Notes: generated by a model from the sequence alone, not told the origin. Positions 1 to 9,830 are shown, numbered from the stretch's first letter. The stretch is 64,000 bases of DNA from Clostridia bacterium (GCA_017420755.1 JAFQOG010000032.1:5013-69012); one strand, 5' to 3'. Made by a program: numbers and translations.

Positions 1-52
1 GGGGCTGAAAATGGGTACAATAAAAATGTAAAAATTTTTTTTGAGGTGGAAA

Positions 53-295
53 ATGAATATAGGAGAAGCAACAAGGCTACGCATAATTCAGCTATGCAAC
101 CAAAAGGGCATAACGATAAACAAGCTATCGACCATTTGTGGCATTACCCAATCCACTCTTAATAATATTGTCAGTGGACGAAACAAAAGCGCCACTATAT
201 CAACTGTCAAGAAAATTTGCGACGGCTTAGAGATAAATATTCGTGATTTTTTTAATTCAGAGCTTTTTGACGGGCTGGAGCAGGAAATAATTTAG
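53..295 (+). CDS. XRE-family helix-turn-helix transcriptional regulator
   Basis: ORF 41..295. ATG at 53 follows a GAGGTGG RBS. Translation ...QKGITINKLSTICGITQSTLNNIVSG... has an HTH_3-type pattern. A hairpin terminator follows. Confidence 0.7.
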   Translation: MNIGEATRLRIIQLCNQKGITINKLSTICGITQSTLNNIVSGRNKSATISTVKKICDGLEINIRDFFNSELFDGLEQEII

Positions 296-320
296 GAGCA
301 GTAAAATCTGCTCCTTTTTT
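295..320 (+). terminator. Rho-independent terminator
   Basis: GGAGCAG-taaaat-CTGCTCC hairpin followed by TTTTTT. Confidence 0.6.
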
Positions 321-340
321 ATTGCACTTCTTGAAAAAGA

Positions 341-366
341 AAAACCCGACGCTGTGTCGGGTTTTT
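341..366 (-). terminator. Rho-independent terminator (bidirectional shape)
   Basis: CCCGAC-gctgt-GTCGGG hairpin flanked by A5 and T5, immediately 3' of the minus-strand ORF ending at 374. Confidence 0.6.
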
Positions 367-373
367 GTGTCTT

Positions 374-1648
374 TTAGTTAAGTCCTGCTATTTGGTCAAC
401 AGTTTGACCCTCGGTCCAGGTAATGCCTGTGTAAGTGATTTCGCCATAGCTCAAAAATTCTCTTGCAATGCCTGCCTTATGAAGCTCGTGCAGGTCGTGA
501 GGGGAAACGATGCCCTTGAATTTGTTATAATCATTTGTGTCCCAGTTATAATAGTCGGTCACAATGTATTTTATATCAGCCGAATAGGTCTTAACGCCAT
601 TGACCTCTGTAACTGTCAAATTGATAATATCAACATCGTCAAAATATGAGCCGATTGCGTATTGCCAGTTTTGAGTTGCGAGGCTTCCTTGCATTGGATG
701 CCCCTCAGCAAGCTGATTAACCGTTATTTCCTTGTTTTTTCTTGCAAGCAGCTCAGATGCCCTAAGCGCGTTATTAATCGCGTTATTTCTGCTTTTTAAG
801 GCTCCTGAGTCGTCTTTAAGAAAGCTTGCTACGTCAATATTGTAGGTTTCGCCGGTATTTTTTAGATAATGGCTCATAAGAGCTGATGCCGCCGGCATAT
901 TGATTAGGCTTCCGCCTGCTGCAATCATCTGAGCCTTGGTTTTTACGCCGAAAAGTCCGGTAAGCTCTGAGCTGCTCATCGAGCTGCCTGTGTTATAGTC
1001 TGCATTTGAATTGTTTTGTTGCTTTATTCTGTCCCAAGCCTGCTCGGTCACGCCGTTTACTGAATAAGTCATACCGCCGATTGTCACCTCGACAACTGGT
1101 GGAACGGCAGGGGTTGCCGGCTTTCCGAGAATAACATCGTTATAGGAGATAGATTCTGGGCCTTCGTCAGTGGTCTCCTCACCTATATACTTAACGCCAG
1201 TCGATTCTACAACAAAAAGACTCATTATGACACTTCTGTCAAAGTGTGCGTTAGTCATATTTGTAAACGAAACTGAGATTTTAGAGTATTTTGCGTTGCT
1301 AAAATCAATGACAATGACCTTGTCCTTGCTTTCTTCGGGAACTAATCCGTTGTCATCAAGAGGCTTTTCATCTTCAATCAAATCCTTAAGTGTGACAACA
1401 ATGCCATATCTTAAATCCTCGCCAGAGGTAGCTTCATAATTTTTAAGAGCTGTATGGTTAACGGTGTATCCTGCGCCAATTCCGCCGCTATCACTTGCCG
1501 AATAGCCCAGGAATGAGAAAATCGGGTCTTCTCCGTTTACACCCTGCTCTGTAAAATCTGAATATATATCGCTCGCACCAACTAAAAGCGCGAAAGCACA
1601 AAGGGTCACTGCCAAGGCTGATAGAAACAAAGTTATTTTTCTTTTCAT
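374..1648 (-). CDS. secreted protein of unknown function
   Basis: ORF 374..1759. Internal ATG at 1648 is preceded by an AGGAGC RBS and opens a signal peptide, MKRKITLFLSALAVTLCAFALLVGAS. I recognise no family. Confidence 0.55.
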   Translation of the reverse strand: MKRKITLFLSALAVTLCAFALLVGASDIYSDFTEQGVNGEDPIFSFLGYSASDSGGIGAGYTVNHTALKNYEATSGEDLRYGIVVTLKDLIEDEKPLDDNGLVPEESKDKVIVIDFSNAKYSKISVSFTNMTNAHFDRSVIMSLFVVESTGVKYIGEETTDEGPESISYNDVILGKPATPAVPPVVEVTIGGMTYSVNGVTEQAWDRIKQQNNSNADYNTGSSMSSSELTGLFGVKTKAQMIAAGGSLINMPAASALMSHYLKNTGETYNIDVASFLKDDSGALKSRNNAINNALRASELLARKNKEITVNQLAEGHPMQGSLATQNWQYAIGSYFDDVDIINLTVTEVNGVKTYSADIKYIVTDYYNWDTNDYNKFKGIVSPHDLHELHKAGIAREFLSYGEITYTGITWTEGQTVDQIAGLN

Positions 1649-2013
1649 TTTAGCTCCTTGTATGCTAATTTGTAATAATATGATTCTATCATAGCATAAA
1701 CAAAAAGCGTTGTCAATGCGTTTTTGAGCGCGCGCAAGATTTTTTCCTTGATGCAGCAACCAAGGTGAGAGATTGGTGTACAGATTAAACGAATGTTGGC
1801 GAAGGAGTATCTTTTGAGGCTCTTAAGCGGCGAAAATTTCATCGAAGCTCTTTTTTGCGAGTCAATCTGCCCGTGTCCGGCGATATCGCCCAAAAACAAG
1901 GGCAAAATGGGTGAAATGTGACAAGGGCGGGCAAAAGAGAGCTTCCTTCTCTCTGCCTATCTAAATAAATAAAGAGCCCACCCAAAAGGTGAGCTCCTTA
2001 TATTATACGCGCA

Positions 2014-2496
2014 CTATATTATAGCGTTCATCAGCATTGGCATTAGCCAAGCCATCAGGGCAGCACAGAAGATGGACAATACGATAAATATCGGCAAAAA
2101 TATCCATCTTTGTGGTTTACCGTAAAGAGACTCTGCTCTTTTTCTTTGGCTGTCCGGGATGTAAAATTTTGCGTTTTCCCAATCGAGAGTGACAGAGCCG
2201 TCGCTGTTCTCTTTTGTTGGGAAATGTCCGCCCTCAATGTAAACGATGTTGCGAAGGGATGAGCCTTCCTTTAAAACTACCTTGGATAAAAAGCTAACTT
2301 TTTTAAAGCCAAGCTCGTATAAGGTTCTGCCGGCTTCTTCCCCTTCGGGGAAGGAGAGCAAGGCTCTAACAATTTTACCTATAGTATTACGAGAAATGAA
2401 TGAGATAATGAAAGCAAGGTTAACTCCTATGCATATTCCCCAAACGATATAGCTGATGGGAACGAGATAAACTGCGTCTGCAAACAAATATTGCAT
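2014..2496 (-). CDS. membrane protein of unknown function
   Basis: ORF 2014..2502. The second ATG (2496) has proper spacing from the AAGGAG RBS. Hydrophobic segments at the N- and C-termini. Translationally adjacent to parB. Confidence 0.5.
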   Translation of the reverse strand: MQYLFADAVYLVPISYIVWGICIGVNLAFIISFISRNTIGKIVRALLSFPEGEEAGRTLYELGFKKVSFLSKVVLKEGSSLRNIVYIEGGHFPTKENSDGSVTLDWENAKFYIPDSQRKRAESLYGKPQRWIFLPIFIVLSIFCAALMAWLMPMLMNAII

Positions 2497-2506
2497 GGTC
2501 ATCTCC

Positions 2507-3388
2507 TTATTCTATAATTCCTTTTCCGCAAATCTTTACAAGGATGTCTTCAAGGTCGTCGTTGCCGTAGAAATCAATCTCCACAGTTGAAACCTTGCCA
2601 GTTGTTTTGATTTTAACGCGCTTGCCGGTGAGGTGCATTGCTTTCTTTTCAAGATCCTTTATGTAATCCACCTTGATTTCGTCGGTGCTTGGTGGAGTTA
2701 ACACGTCGCTTTTTTCAAAATCCCTGTTTAATTTTTTAACCAAATTTTCTGTATCACGAACGGAAAGTGATTTAACGAGGATTTGCTCTGCTGTTTCAAC
2801 AATAACGTCTTTGTTTTTAAGACCTAAGAGTGCACGTGCGTGACCTGCGGAAATGTCGCCTGTCTTGAGCATTTCAAGAACTTCCTCGGGTAGGTCGAGC
2901 AAACGCAAAGCGTTTGCGATGGCTGGACGAGATTTTCCAACCTTCTCTGCTACCTCTTCTTGGGTTAGGCTATATTGCTCTATAAGAGAATTATATGCGC
3001 TTGCTTCTTCGTATGCGTTCAAATCTTGGCGTTGAATGTTTTCAATAATTGCAATCTCTGCTGCCTTTAATGCATCAGCTTGGATGATTATTGCAGGAAT
3101 TTCAGTAAGACCTGCTAATTTTGACGCGCGCCATCTGCGCTCGCCCGCGATTATTTGATAATAATCTTTCGCGCTCTCGCGTACGATAATTGGCTGTAAT
3201 AAGCCGTGATTCTTTATTGAATCAGAAAGCTCAAGCAAGGATTCCTCGTCGAAATGCTTTCTTGGTTGATCCGATTTTGGTTCGATTTGTGAAATTCTCA
3301 ATGTTTGGATGCCCTCGTCTGCGGTGGCAACCTCAATATAATTGTCTGCAAAAATGGAATCAAGTCCACGTCCAAGACCTTTTTTCAT
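2507..3388 (-). CDS. parB: chromosome partitioning protein ParB/Spo0J
   Basis: N-terminal GLGRGLDSIF, ParB box IAGERRWRAS, and an HTH region LTQEEVAEKVGKSRPAIANALRLL. Directly downstream of parA. Confidence 0.93.
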   Translation of the reverse strand: MKKGLGRGLDSIFADNYIEVATADEGIQTLRISQIEPKSDQPRKHFDEESLLELSDSIKNHGLLQPIIVRESAKDYYQIIAGERRWRASKLAGLTEIPAIIIQADALKAAEIAIIENIQRQDLNAYEEASAYNSLIEQYSLTQEEVAEKVGKSRPAIANALRLLDLPEEVLEMLKTGDISAGHARALLGLKNKDVIVETAEQILVKSLSVRDTENLVKKLNRDFEKSDVLTPPSTDEIKVDYIKDLEKKAMHLTGKRVKIKTTGKVSTVEIDFYGNDDLEDILVKICGKGIIE

Positions 3389-3407
3389 GATTTTTTCTCC
3401 TTTTTAT

Positions 3408-4199
3408 TTATATTCCTTCGATTCTATATATTATTTCTTTGGCAACCTTCATATATTCGAGACTCGATTTTGAATATTTTGAGTAGTAATATAGTGGTTC
3501 TGCAAAGCTTGAAGATTCACTGATTACTACACTTCTTGAAATCTTTTGCTCGAAAATAATGTCAAAATAATAGTTTTCAAGTTCAGCCAACACCTCTTGT
3601 GACAGCTTGAATCTTGGTGTAAACATTGTGATTAGTATGCCTGTTATGTTTAAATTTGGATTATACCTGCTTTTTATCTGTTTTACACTCATCATCAGCT
3701 GCGTTAATCCTTCGAGTGCGAAATACTCGCATTGCGTTGGGATGATTAAACCGTTACTTGCAACTAATGCGTTGATTGTAATCATTCCAAGCGACGGTGG
3801 ACAATCAATTATAACATAATCGAAAAGATTTTCTTCGTCTAATTTTGACAAAATTCTTTTTAAGTATGATTCTCTTCCACCTTGCGTAGTTAGCTCTGAT
3901 TCAATGCTTGCGAGCGACATATTTGATGGAATCGTCCACAGGTTTTTGAAATTTGTTTCTACTATCGCTGCTTTTGCATCAATCTTTTGTGCTAAAACGT
4001 CGTAAACTGAGTGCTTAACCGAGTTTTTCGATATACCAAGAGCGCTTGTGGAGTTTGCTTGCGGGTCTAAATCCAAAAGCAAAACTCTCTTGCCAAGAAC
4101 TCCTAACATTGCAGCTGAGTTTAACGCAGATGTGGTTTTTCCAACTCCGCCCTTTTGGTTGGCAAATGAAATTACTTCCACGAAAGTGTTTCCTTTCAT
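3408..4199 (-). CDS. parA: ParA/Soj partition ATPase
   Basis: Deviant Walker A NQKGGVGKTT, plus DLDPQ and IDCPPSLG motifs. Confidence 0.93.
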   Translation of the reverse strand: MKGNTFVEVISFANQKGGVGKTTSALNSAAMLGVLGKRVLLLDLDPQANSTSALGISKNSVKHSVYDVLAQKIDAKAAIVETNFKNLWTIPSNMSLASIESELTTQGGRESYLKRILSKLDEENLFDYVIIDCPPSLGMITINALVASNGLIIPTQCEYFALEGLTQLMMSVKQIKSRYNPNLNITGILITMFTPRFKLSQEVLAELENYYFDIIFEQKISRSVVISESSSFAEPLYYYSKYSKSSLEYMKVAKEIIYRIEGI

Positions 4200-4295
4200 A
4201 TTGTTCTATAAAGAGTATATCACGCAATCTGCATAAAATCAATAGAAAATTTGCTAAAAACACCAAAAAATCGCGGGATTTTTGCTAAACAACCG

Positions 4296-4311
4296 TGTTT
4301 CACGTGAAACA
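4296..4311. promoter_or_regulatory. parS site (perfect TGTTTCACGTGAAACA)
   Basis: Exact 16-bp palindrome matching the Firmicute chromosomal parS consensus. Confidence 0.85.
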
Positions 4312-4374
4312 ATCGCTTTGTAAAGGCTTCCGTACCTGCTATCAAACCTCACCGTTTGGCTCTGATGATTTCAA

Positions 4375-4390
4375 TGTTTCACGTGAAACA
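4375..4390. promoter_or_regulatory. parS site (perfect)
   Basis: TGTTTCACGTGAAACA. Confidence 0.85.
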
Positions 4391-4475
4391 AAACGGACAA
4401 AGCAGAGAAGCAAACAGAAAAACATTTAGTGCAGAAAGATAAATTAAATTACTCGAGAGCACAATTGTTCCTCAA

Positions 4476-4491
4476 TGTTTCACGTGAAACA
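4476..4491. promoter_or_regulatory. parS site (perfect)
   Basis: TGTTTCACGTGAAACA. Confidence 0.85.
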
Positions 4492-4676
4492 AACAAAGAG
4501 AACACATCTTGTCCTCCTTTTTGATCAATCCGTCTTAAAAGCCTTAAGAATGAGGGGTGTGATGGCTACTACATGGCCGACTTTGCCTTGCGTGCGCTGG
4601 ATTGATATCATATGCTTGAAGCTGCGCGATTCGCAGCCTGCATTTTTTGCTACTTTCCAATAATTTAATCCTATGA

Positions 4677-4692
4677 TGTTTCACGTGAAACG
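4677..4692. promoter_or_regulatory. parS-like site (1 mismatch)
   Basis: TGTTTCACGTGAAACG. Confidence 0.7.
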
Positions 4693-4866
4693 CGCTTTAT
4701 GTATTTTCTTTGCGCTTTTTGGGCGTGGGTACTACTAATGGGGGAGCACAAAAACGACGGCAGAGAAGAGAGAATGGGCGCACTCTTTGTTCTTTTTGTT
4801 CTCTGCGCTCTGTTTTGTTACAGCAGTTGCTGTTTAGCCTGCTATTTCTGTTGATTATATATGACT

Positions 4867-4882
4867 TGTTTCACGTGAAACA
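4867..4882. promoter_or_regulatory. parS site (perfect)
   Basis: TGTTTCACGTGAAACA. Confidence 0.85.
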
Positions 4883-5078
4883 AAAAAGAGAGTCTTACGA
4901 CTCTCTCTTAATTTACACTTGGCTAATGTGTTTAGCTAATGGCGCCTTTGCGATGCGTTGCTTTTAGGCCTTTTGCTGATAACCCTGTTGAAAACTATTT
5001 GAAAAATGTCGAAAAATGGAAAAATATGGAAAATTCGCGAAGCGTTAGCATAGCTAATGCCGAGATTTATGCGTGTTT

Positions 5079-5906
5079 CTACTTTTCAACCTCTTCAAAC
5101 ACGGTTGGAACGAGGATTGTCATTTCTATGTGACCATCGCCCTCTATTTTCCTGCTTTTTATTCTTATTCCGCTGTTGCTTGCTGTTTCGATTGCCCTGT
5201 TTAGCGCATCAAAAAAAGCATCGGTGCTTTTGTATGTCTTTTTCGTTGCTTCCTTTTTACTTTCGCCGGCGATGAATCTTTCAACTAACGCTTCGGCCTG
5301 TGAAACATTTAGATTGCTTTCCAAAATGATGTGGAGAGCTTTTCTTAGTCTCTCCTCGTCTTTTAATCTTAAAAGCGCGCGAGCGTGCCGTTCTGTCAGG
5401 TTGTTTTTAGTTATTATATTCCTTGTTTCCTTGTCGAGGCGGAGAAGTCTGAGCTTGTTTGCAACATATGACTGACTACACGATAATTTTGAAGCGATTT
5501 CTTCTTGGGTTAGGGAATATGTATCGATTAGAGCTTGAATCGCTTCTGCTTCCTCAAACGGGCTTAAATCCTCACGCATTAAATTTTCTATTATGGCTAT
5601 CTCGGCGCTTTCTGATTCCTTCGCACCTCTTATAACACAAGGAACGTGTGTAAAGCCAAGCTCGCAAGATGCACGCAGCCTGCGCTCACCTGAAATCAGC
5701 TCGTATCCTTCACTTGTTTCTCTTACAACTAATGGCTGTATTATGCCATAGCGCTTTATGCTATCAGCGAGACGTAAAATGGCGCTTTCGGCGAAGATTT
5801 TTCTTGGCTGGTTGGGGTTGGTGGCGATTTTTGCTATTGGTATGCTGATTATCTCGCTTGTTGCTTTGTCGCTTTGATTTTCTTGTACTTTTGCTTCTTT
5901 TTTCAT
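5079..5906 (-). CDS. ParB-family paralogue (Noc-like position upstream of parA)
   Basis: ORF 5079..6215. ATG at 5906 follows a GGAGA RBS. Motifs: ParB box ISGERRLRAS and HTH LTQEEIASKLSCSQSYVANKLRLL. The upstream 103 codons of the ORF look non-coding. Confidence 0.8.
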   Translation of the reverse strand: MKKEAKVQENQSDKATSEIISIPIAKIATNPNQPRKIFAESAILRLADSIKRYGIIQPLVVRETSEGYELISGERRLRASCELGFTHVPCVIRGAKESESAEIAIIENLMREDLSPFEEAEAIQALIDTYSLTQEEIASKLSCSQSYVANKLRLLRLDKETRNIITKNNLTERHARALLRLKDEERLRKALHIILESNLNVSQAEALVERFIAGESKKEATKKTYKSTDAFFDALNRAIETASNSGIRIKSRKIEGDGHIEMTILVPTVFEEVEK

Positions 5907-6298
5907 CTTTTTTTCTCCTTTCGCTTGGAAAGTACATTTCCATGTATATACTATCATTTCTCGACTGCTAAAAGCGTCGAATTGCGCGCAATTTGGACGA
6001 TTTTTTCGACAAATAGAGCTAAAATAGCATAAGTGAGCCAAGTTTGCAACAAAATCTGTTATAAAGCACCAAATTTCGCCCGGATTGCGTTTTGTTGCGA
6101 GAAAAAATAAAAATTGATTCTTAAAAGTGGTTGGTATGTATAAATATTGATTTTTAGCGCAAGCGTAAAAAACAAAATTCGAATACAGGGTCAAACAAAT
6201 ATAATTTTGACACACTGTTTTGATGAATAATTATAAAAGAAAAATCTTAAAACGTAAATAAATATTCAAAAATTGATTAAAATTATCCACAGGGTGCA

Positions 6299-6326
6299 GA
6301 AAAGCCAAGCAATAGCTCGGCTTTTC
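6299..6326 (-). terminator. putative terminator after the capsid gene
   Basis: Imperfect hairpin GAAAAGCCAAGC-aata-GCTCGGCTTTTC 16 nt 3' of the capsid stop. The short U-tract is shared with the stem. Confidence 0.45.
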
Positions 6327-6341
6327 AAAGAATTTACTTGA

Positions 6342-7184
6342 TTATTGGTACTTTACGTTGATGTTGATAATCTCCTTTGGTCTTACAACCTTGCCGTCGA
6401 AAAGAGCATAGCCCTTAACTGCGTCTGCAAAGGATTTTTCGGGTCTATACGCCTCTGTATATGTAACGGGGTTTACAAAGGCGATGGCGCGCTTTGTTCT
6501 AATCATGATGTTGTCGGTTTCGCCGTTGTTAGTTTTTGCAACGTTGTTTGAAATTTTTACGGTTACGTTACCGTATGTTGCAACCTTTCCGTTCTTCATT
6601 GCTTCTTTGTTGTCTGTTGCTCCGGTTGCGTATGCTTGCTTAAAGAGCTTGTAGAAGCGCGGAGAAACTGTAACGGTAACCCCACTTGTCATTGAAACGT
6701 CGTTTTCTTGAAGTGCTTGAATTGCGTCATCGAGAATCGAGAGTACGTTTTCCTTTGTTACGGTTGTGTCAGCTTGTGTAAGCTTTGATACGTCTGAATC
6801 GAGCACCATGTTAGCAATATACTTGTCGATTTCGTTAGCAAGACCCTCGCTTGTTTCCTCGGAAAGTGCATCCATGAGGCCGCCAATTGCTTGCGCCTTG
6901 TCGATGTCCCCAACCTTGTAGTTGAAGTATCTGATTTGATTGATGCCAAGAATTACAGAGGTGTCGTTGATTTCCTCTGCCTCGTCAATCAAGCCACTTG
7001 CGTTTTCTCTCTCGAGTGACTTGATTGTTGGCTTGCCTACACCGAGAATGTGAACGCTGTCGCCCTTCTTTGAAACTTCGCCTTCGTATTGTCTATTGCA
7101 GTCCTCTGCGAAGACACAAGCTCTTTCGAGCTCGCGATTGATTGATTCCGACCAAACTGATGGAATGAAATTTGAATATGCCAT
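6342..7184 (-). CDS. phage major capsid protein-like
   Basis: 280 aa. N-terminus MAYSNFIPSVWSESINRELE and the central ...ILDDAIQALQENDV...VSPRFYKLF... pattern are typical of HK97-fold coat proteins. The position after portal and scaffold fits. Confidence 0.65.
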   Translation of the reverse strand: MAYSNFIPSVWSESINRELERACVFAEDCNRQYEGEVSKKGDSVHILGVGKPTIKSLERENASGLIDEAEEINDTSVILGINQIRYFNYKVGDIDKAQAIGGLMDALSEETSEGLANEIDKYIANMVLDSDVSKLTQADTTVTKENVLSILDDAIQALQENDVSMTSGVTVTVSPRFYKLFKQAYATGATDNKEAMKNGKVATYGNVTVKISNNVAKTNNGETDNIMIRTKRAIAFVNPVTYTEAYRPEKSFADAVKGYALFDGKVVRPKEIININVKYQ

Positions 7185-7450
7185 AATTTTCTCCTAACAT
7201 TTATTTGCGAGAATGCAGGATGAACTCTTTGTCGTTTTTTCACTCTATTCCGGCTTAAAGAGCCAACTTTTTGAACTTACGACGATAAATTATTTTTGGC
7301 GCGCTGAACACGCTGGCGTATGCCCGTGTGACACGCATAAAGGGCGAAAATCGAGGAGAAAGCTCTCGAGATGCGCAAATCCGTTTAATTAGCCGCAAAA
7401 CGCCCCAAAACGGCCTAATTTGCGTCTTTAGCGCTTGAAAAGAGAGAAGA

Positions 7451-8200
7451 CTACCATTTTTGTTGACTTTCTCGTATTGCGCTGTAATTTTTTGCAATCT
7501 GCTCGCGAGACATGCGTTTTACTTGATCTTTAGTAAAAAATGCGCCATTTATCCCTTCAGGACTGGAAAGTGCGCCCGGAGAGGCAGATTTATTGTTTTC
7601 CAATACTTTTGCGCGTATTTTATAGTCGTCAACGATTTTTTTAACCAAAGTTAGATAATTACCATAAATTTCACAAAAAGAGCTGCTTTTGCCCACAGCG
7701 CCGGCAAAAAGCATGAAATTCGGGTCGTTTTGGACTTTTTCAATAGAAACACCAGGGAAAACACGCTCAAACAAGGACTTTTCCTCATTGCTTGTTGAAA
7801 AAATGATGTTTTGCGAAGAATTTTTATAATCAAAACGAGAGCTAAACTCGGACACTCTATCAAGTGTAGCTTTTGAATTGTTAGAAATTTCTGAAATATT
7901 CTCATCAAAATTAGCCAAATTTTGCATATTTTTGTTAAAATTTTCTTTGTTTTTGACCTCGGATTCGGATTTTGAGCTGATTTTGCTTTCGTTTTGCAAA
8001 AATTCGATACTTCCTTCGCCAAAATTAGTTTCTTGTTCTTCTTTTTTGACTAAAAATTCCTCTTTCACGGAAGAATTATCAAAGAATTGTTCTTCTAAAG
8101 AGGCATTTTTGTGGTCGCTTGTATTGATTTTACTCTCCAATCGTGTCACCCCCCTCTTTTTTTGATGAATTTTGTGATAGAAGCTGAGTAAGATTTTCAA
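7451..8200 (-). CDS. phage scaffolding protein-like
   Basis: Acidic, low-complexity, helix-prone protein lying between the portal and capsid genes. The start is uncertain: GTG at 8149 or TTG at 8140, after a GAGGGGGG RBS and overlapping the portal stop, is more plausible than the ATG at 8200. Confidence 0.45.
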   Translation of the reverse strand: MKILLSFYHKIHQKKRGVTRLESKINTSDHKNASLEEQFFDNSSVKEEFLVKKEEQETNFGEGSIEFLQNESKISSKSESEVKNKENFNKNMQNLANFDENISEISNNSKATLDRVSEFSSRFDYKNSSQNIIFSTSNEEKSLFERVFPGVSIEKVQNDPNFMLFAGAVGKSSSFCEIYGNYLTLVKKIVDDYKIRAKVLENNKSASPGALSSPEGINGAFFTKDQVKRMSREQIAKNYSAIRESQQKW

Positions 8201-9830
8201 TTTCTTGGCGCAGCTTGGAAATCTCGAGAGACTTTTCTTCGCTTAGGTATTTTAAAATCTCGCTTTTATTGGTTACAGCTGAGTCGGGATATGCTTTAAT
8301 ATAGGTTTCGAGAGAAATTGCACCTTTTTCAAGACAACTGTCAAGCAGAGAAATGTCAGATGCGATACTTGCTTTTGCACCCGCATGTGCTTCAACACTA
8401 ACATCAATCGTTGCGTTTTCGTAAGGAAGAGAAGTGAATTCATCAAAGAATTCTTTCTTCTTTCCGTTTTCATCAACTCTTTCATTTATAAACAGATGCT
8501 TGTAATAAAAATGCTTCAAAAACTGAGCAACCACCATGCCCTGCTTGCGTTTTACGTATATAAAAGCATTTTTTAAATCCTCAATCGGAACCTCGGCTTG
8601 AGCTTGTAGGTATGCAATTGCAGTACCCGAAAGGTTTGTCGAAGCATCTCCAGTTATAATTGATGAAACACCGTTTACGGTTCTTGTTAAATCAGCCAAA
8701 GCGTTTGTGATTTCCATCGGAACCTTTGAAAGCTCCTCTTGTGAGAGTCTTTTTATTCCTTCTCCCGTGCCAGAGTAGTCAATCAGGACTTGACCAGGCA
8801 CATTTGAAATGCGCTGACCGTTAAGTGCGTTTGGCAAAGCAATGTATTTTCCCCATGCACACTGCTGAGCATTTAAAAGGCTCATTGCGATGTTGAAATT
8901 AATGGCTTTTTGGTTGGGAATTAAACCTTCAACCTCGCCGATTCCATATATTGAGCCCTCCTTTTTTTCGTAATATCCACAGACAATTGGGTAGAGGGTT
9001 TTCTTTTGGAACGGTAAGCTGAAATTTTCAATAGTATCTGCATTTTCCGTCAAATTGTCGACAACGGGGTCGAAAAAAGCGCTTGTAGGTATAATTTTAA
9101 ATGGATCATTAATAACACAGCGCTTGGTTGCTCTTTCACACCAAATATCTCCGTCCCTTTTGAAATATCTCGTTAAAAGCGTTGCCATATTACCGCCATC
9201 CTGCTCGTAGGCGCCGTTTAGGTCCTCGTCAGAGGTAAGCGTTGTCAAGCTTTTCCCTTTATCTGCCATATTTCTAATTTTTGATAGTTCTTTTCTTGAA
9301 GAAATCATAATCCAATCCTGCTTTTGCTCGTCAAGCTCAGAAGGATTTGCAAAAAATATGTTTAAAGGGTCGATAATTTCACATTTTAGACCACCAGATT
9401 CGCCGGTTGTTTGTGAAAACGCCTCGCTGTCCCAGTAATAATGATAGAAATACGACCCCTTTTTGATTGCATCTTCAATCGCTATTCTATCAAGCTCTGA
9501 TTGGTTCATCTCTTTGAAAACCCTTGTGGCAAAGGCGTTAAAGATATCCATATCTGCATATGGTGAAAAGCTTTTATATGAAATTTTAATTGGTGAAGAA
9601 AGAATCGCACCTTTCTTTTGTCGGCACACCATTTTGATAATGTTTACCACAGGACGCGGTAAATTTTTTGTGCTTTCAGTCGCTTGCGGCCATTGCCTTC
9701 CCTCATAAAAATCAATGCAAGTAGGTATCTTATCACGCAGACCCGATCTTATTTGATAATCAAGGGCATTTTGGTAATGCGACCAAAGCACAGTCTCATT
9801 TACTGAGAGCTTGTCTTGCCATTTAGCCAT
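8130..9830 (-). CDS. phage portal protein
   Basis: 566 aa. N-terminal ...DFYEGRQWPQ...NLPRPVVNIIK... pattern is typical of portal proteins. Immediately downstream of terL. Confidence 0.78.
   Translation of the reverse strand: MAKWQDKLSVNETVLWSHYQNALDYQIRSGLRDKIPTCIDFYEGRQWPQATESTKNLPRPVVNIIKMVCRQKKGAILSSPIKISYKSFSPYADMDIFNAFATRVFKEMNQSELDRIAIEDAIKKGSYFYHYYWDSEAFSQTTGESGGLKCEIIDPLNIFFANPSELDEQKQDWIMISSRKELSKIRNMADKGKSLTTLTSDEDLNGAYEQDGGNMATLLTRYFKRDGDIWCERATKRCVINDPFKIIPTSAFFDPVVDNLTENADTIENFSLPFQKKTLYPIVCGYYEKKEGSIYGIGEVEGLIPNQKAINFNIAMSLLNAQQCAWGKYIALPNALNGQRISNVPGQVLIDYSGTGEGIKRLSQEELSKVPMEITNALADLTRTVNGVSSIITGDASTNLSGTAIAYLQAQAEVPIEDLKNAFIYVKRKQGMVVAQFLKHFYYKHLFINERVDENGKKKEFFDEFTSLPYENATIDVSVEAHAGAKASIASDISLLDSCLEKGAISLETYIKAYPDSAVTNKSEILKYLSEEKSLEISKLRQEIENLTQLLSQNSSKKEGGDTIGE

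Noticed and set aside
4296-4882. Possible CRISPR-like array, because of regularly recurring identical repeats
   Set aside because: The repeat is only 16 bp, perfectly palindromic and irregularly spaced (79-201 bp), and it equals the parS consensus next to parAB. There are no cas genes.
4475-5275. Small ORFs in the parS spacer (for example 4475..4663, 4710..4967, 4939..5133)
   Set aside because: They have no RBS and low-complexity or odd composition. One begins inside a parS site. Most likely non-coding.
5907-6215. 103-codon N-terminal extension of the ParB-paralogue ORF (track ORF 5079..6215)
   Set aside because: It is AT-rich with odd composition (MCQNYICLTLYSNF...) and has no RBS. A clean RBS plus ATG at 5906 begins the conserved ParB N-terminus.
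6283-6291. Perfect DnaA box TTATCCACA
   Set aside because: It is a single isolated box in the leader of the ParB paralogue. I saw no cluster or AT-rich unwinding element, so I do not call it oriC.
7651-8022. 123-aa alternative-frame ORF inside the scaffold gene, plus the plus-strand ORF 7878..8165
   Set aside because: They are embedded in a low-complexity AT-rich coding region, have no RBS and give an implausible hydrophobic/basic translation.
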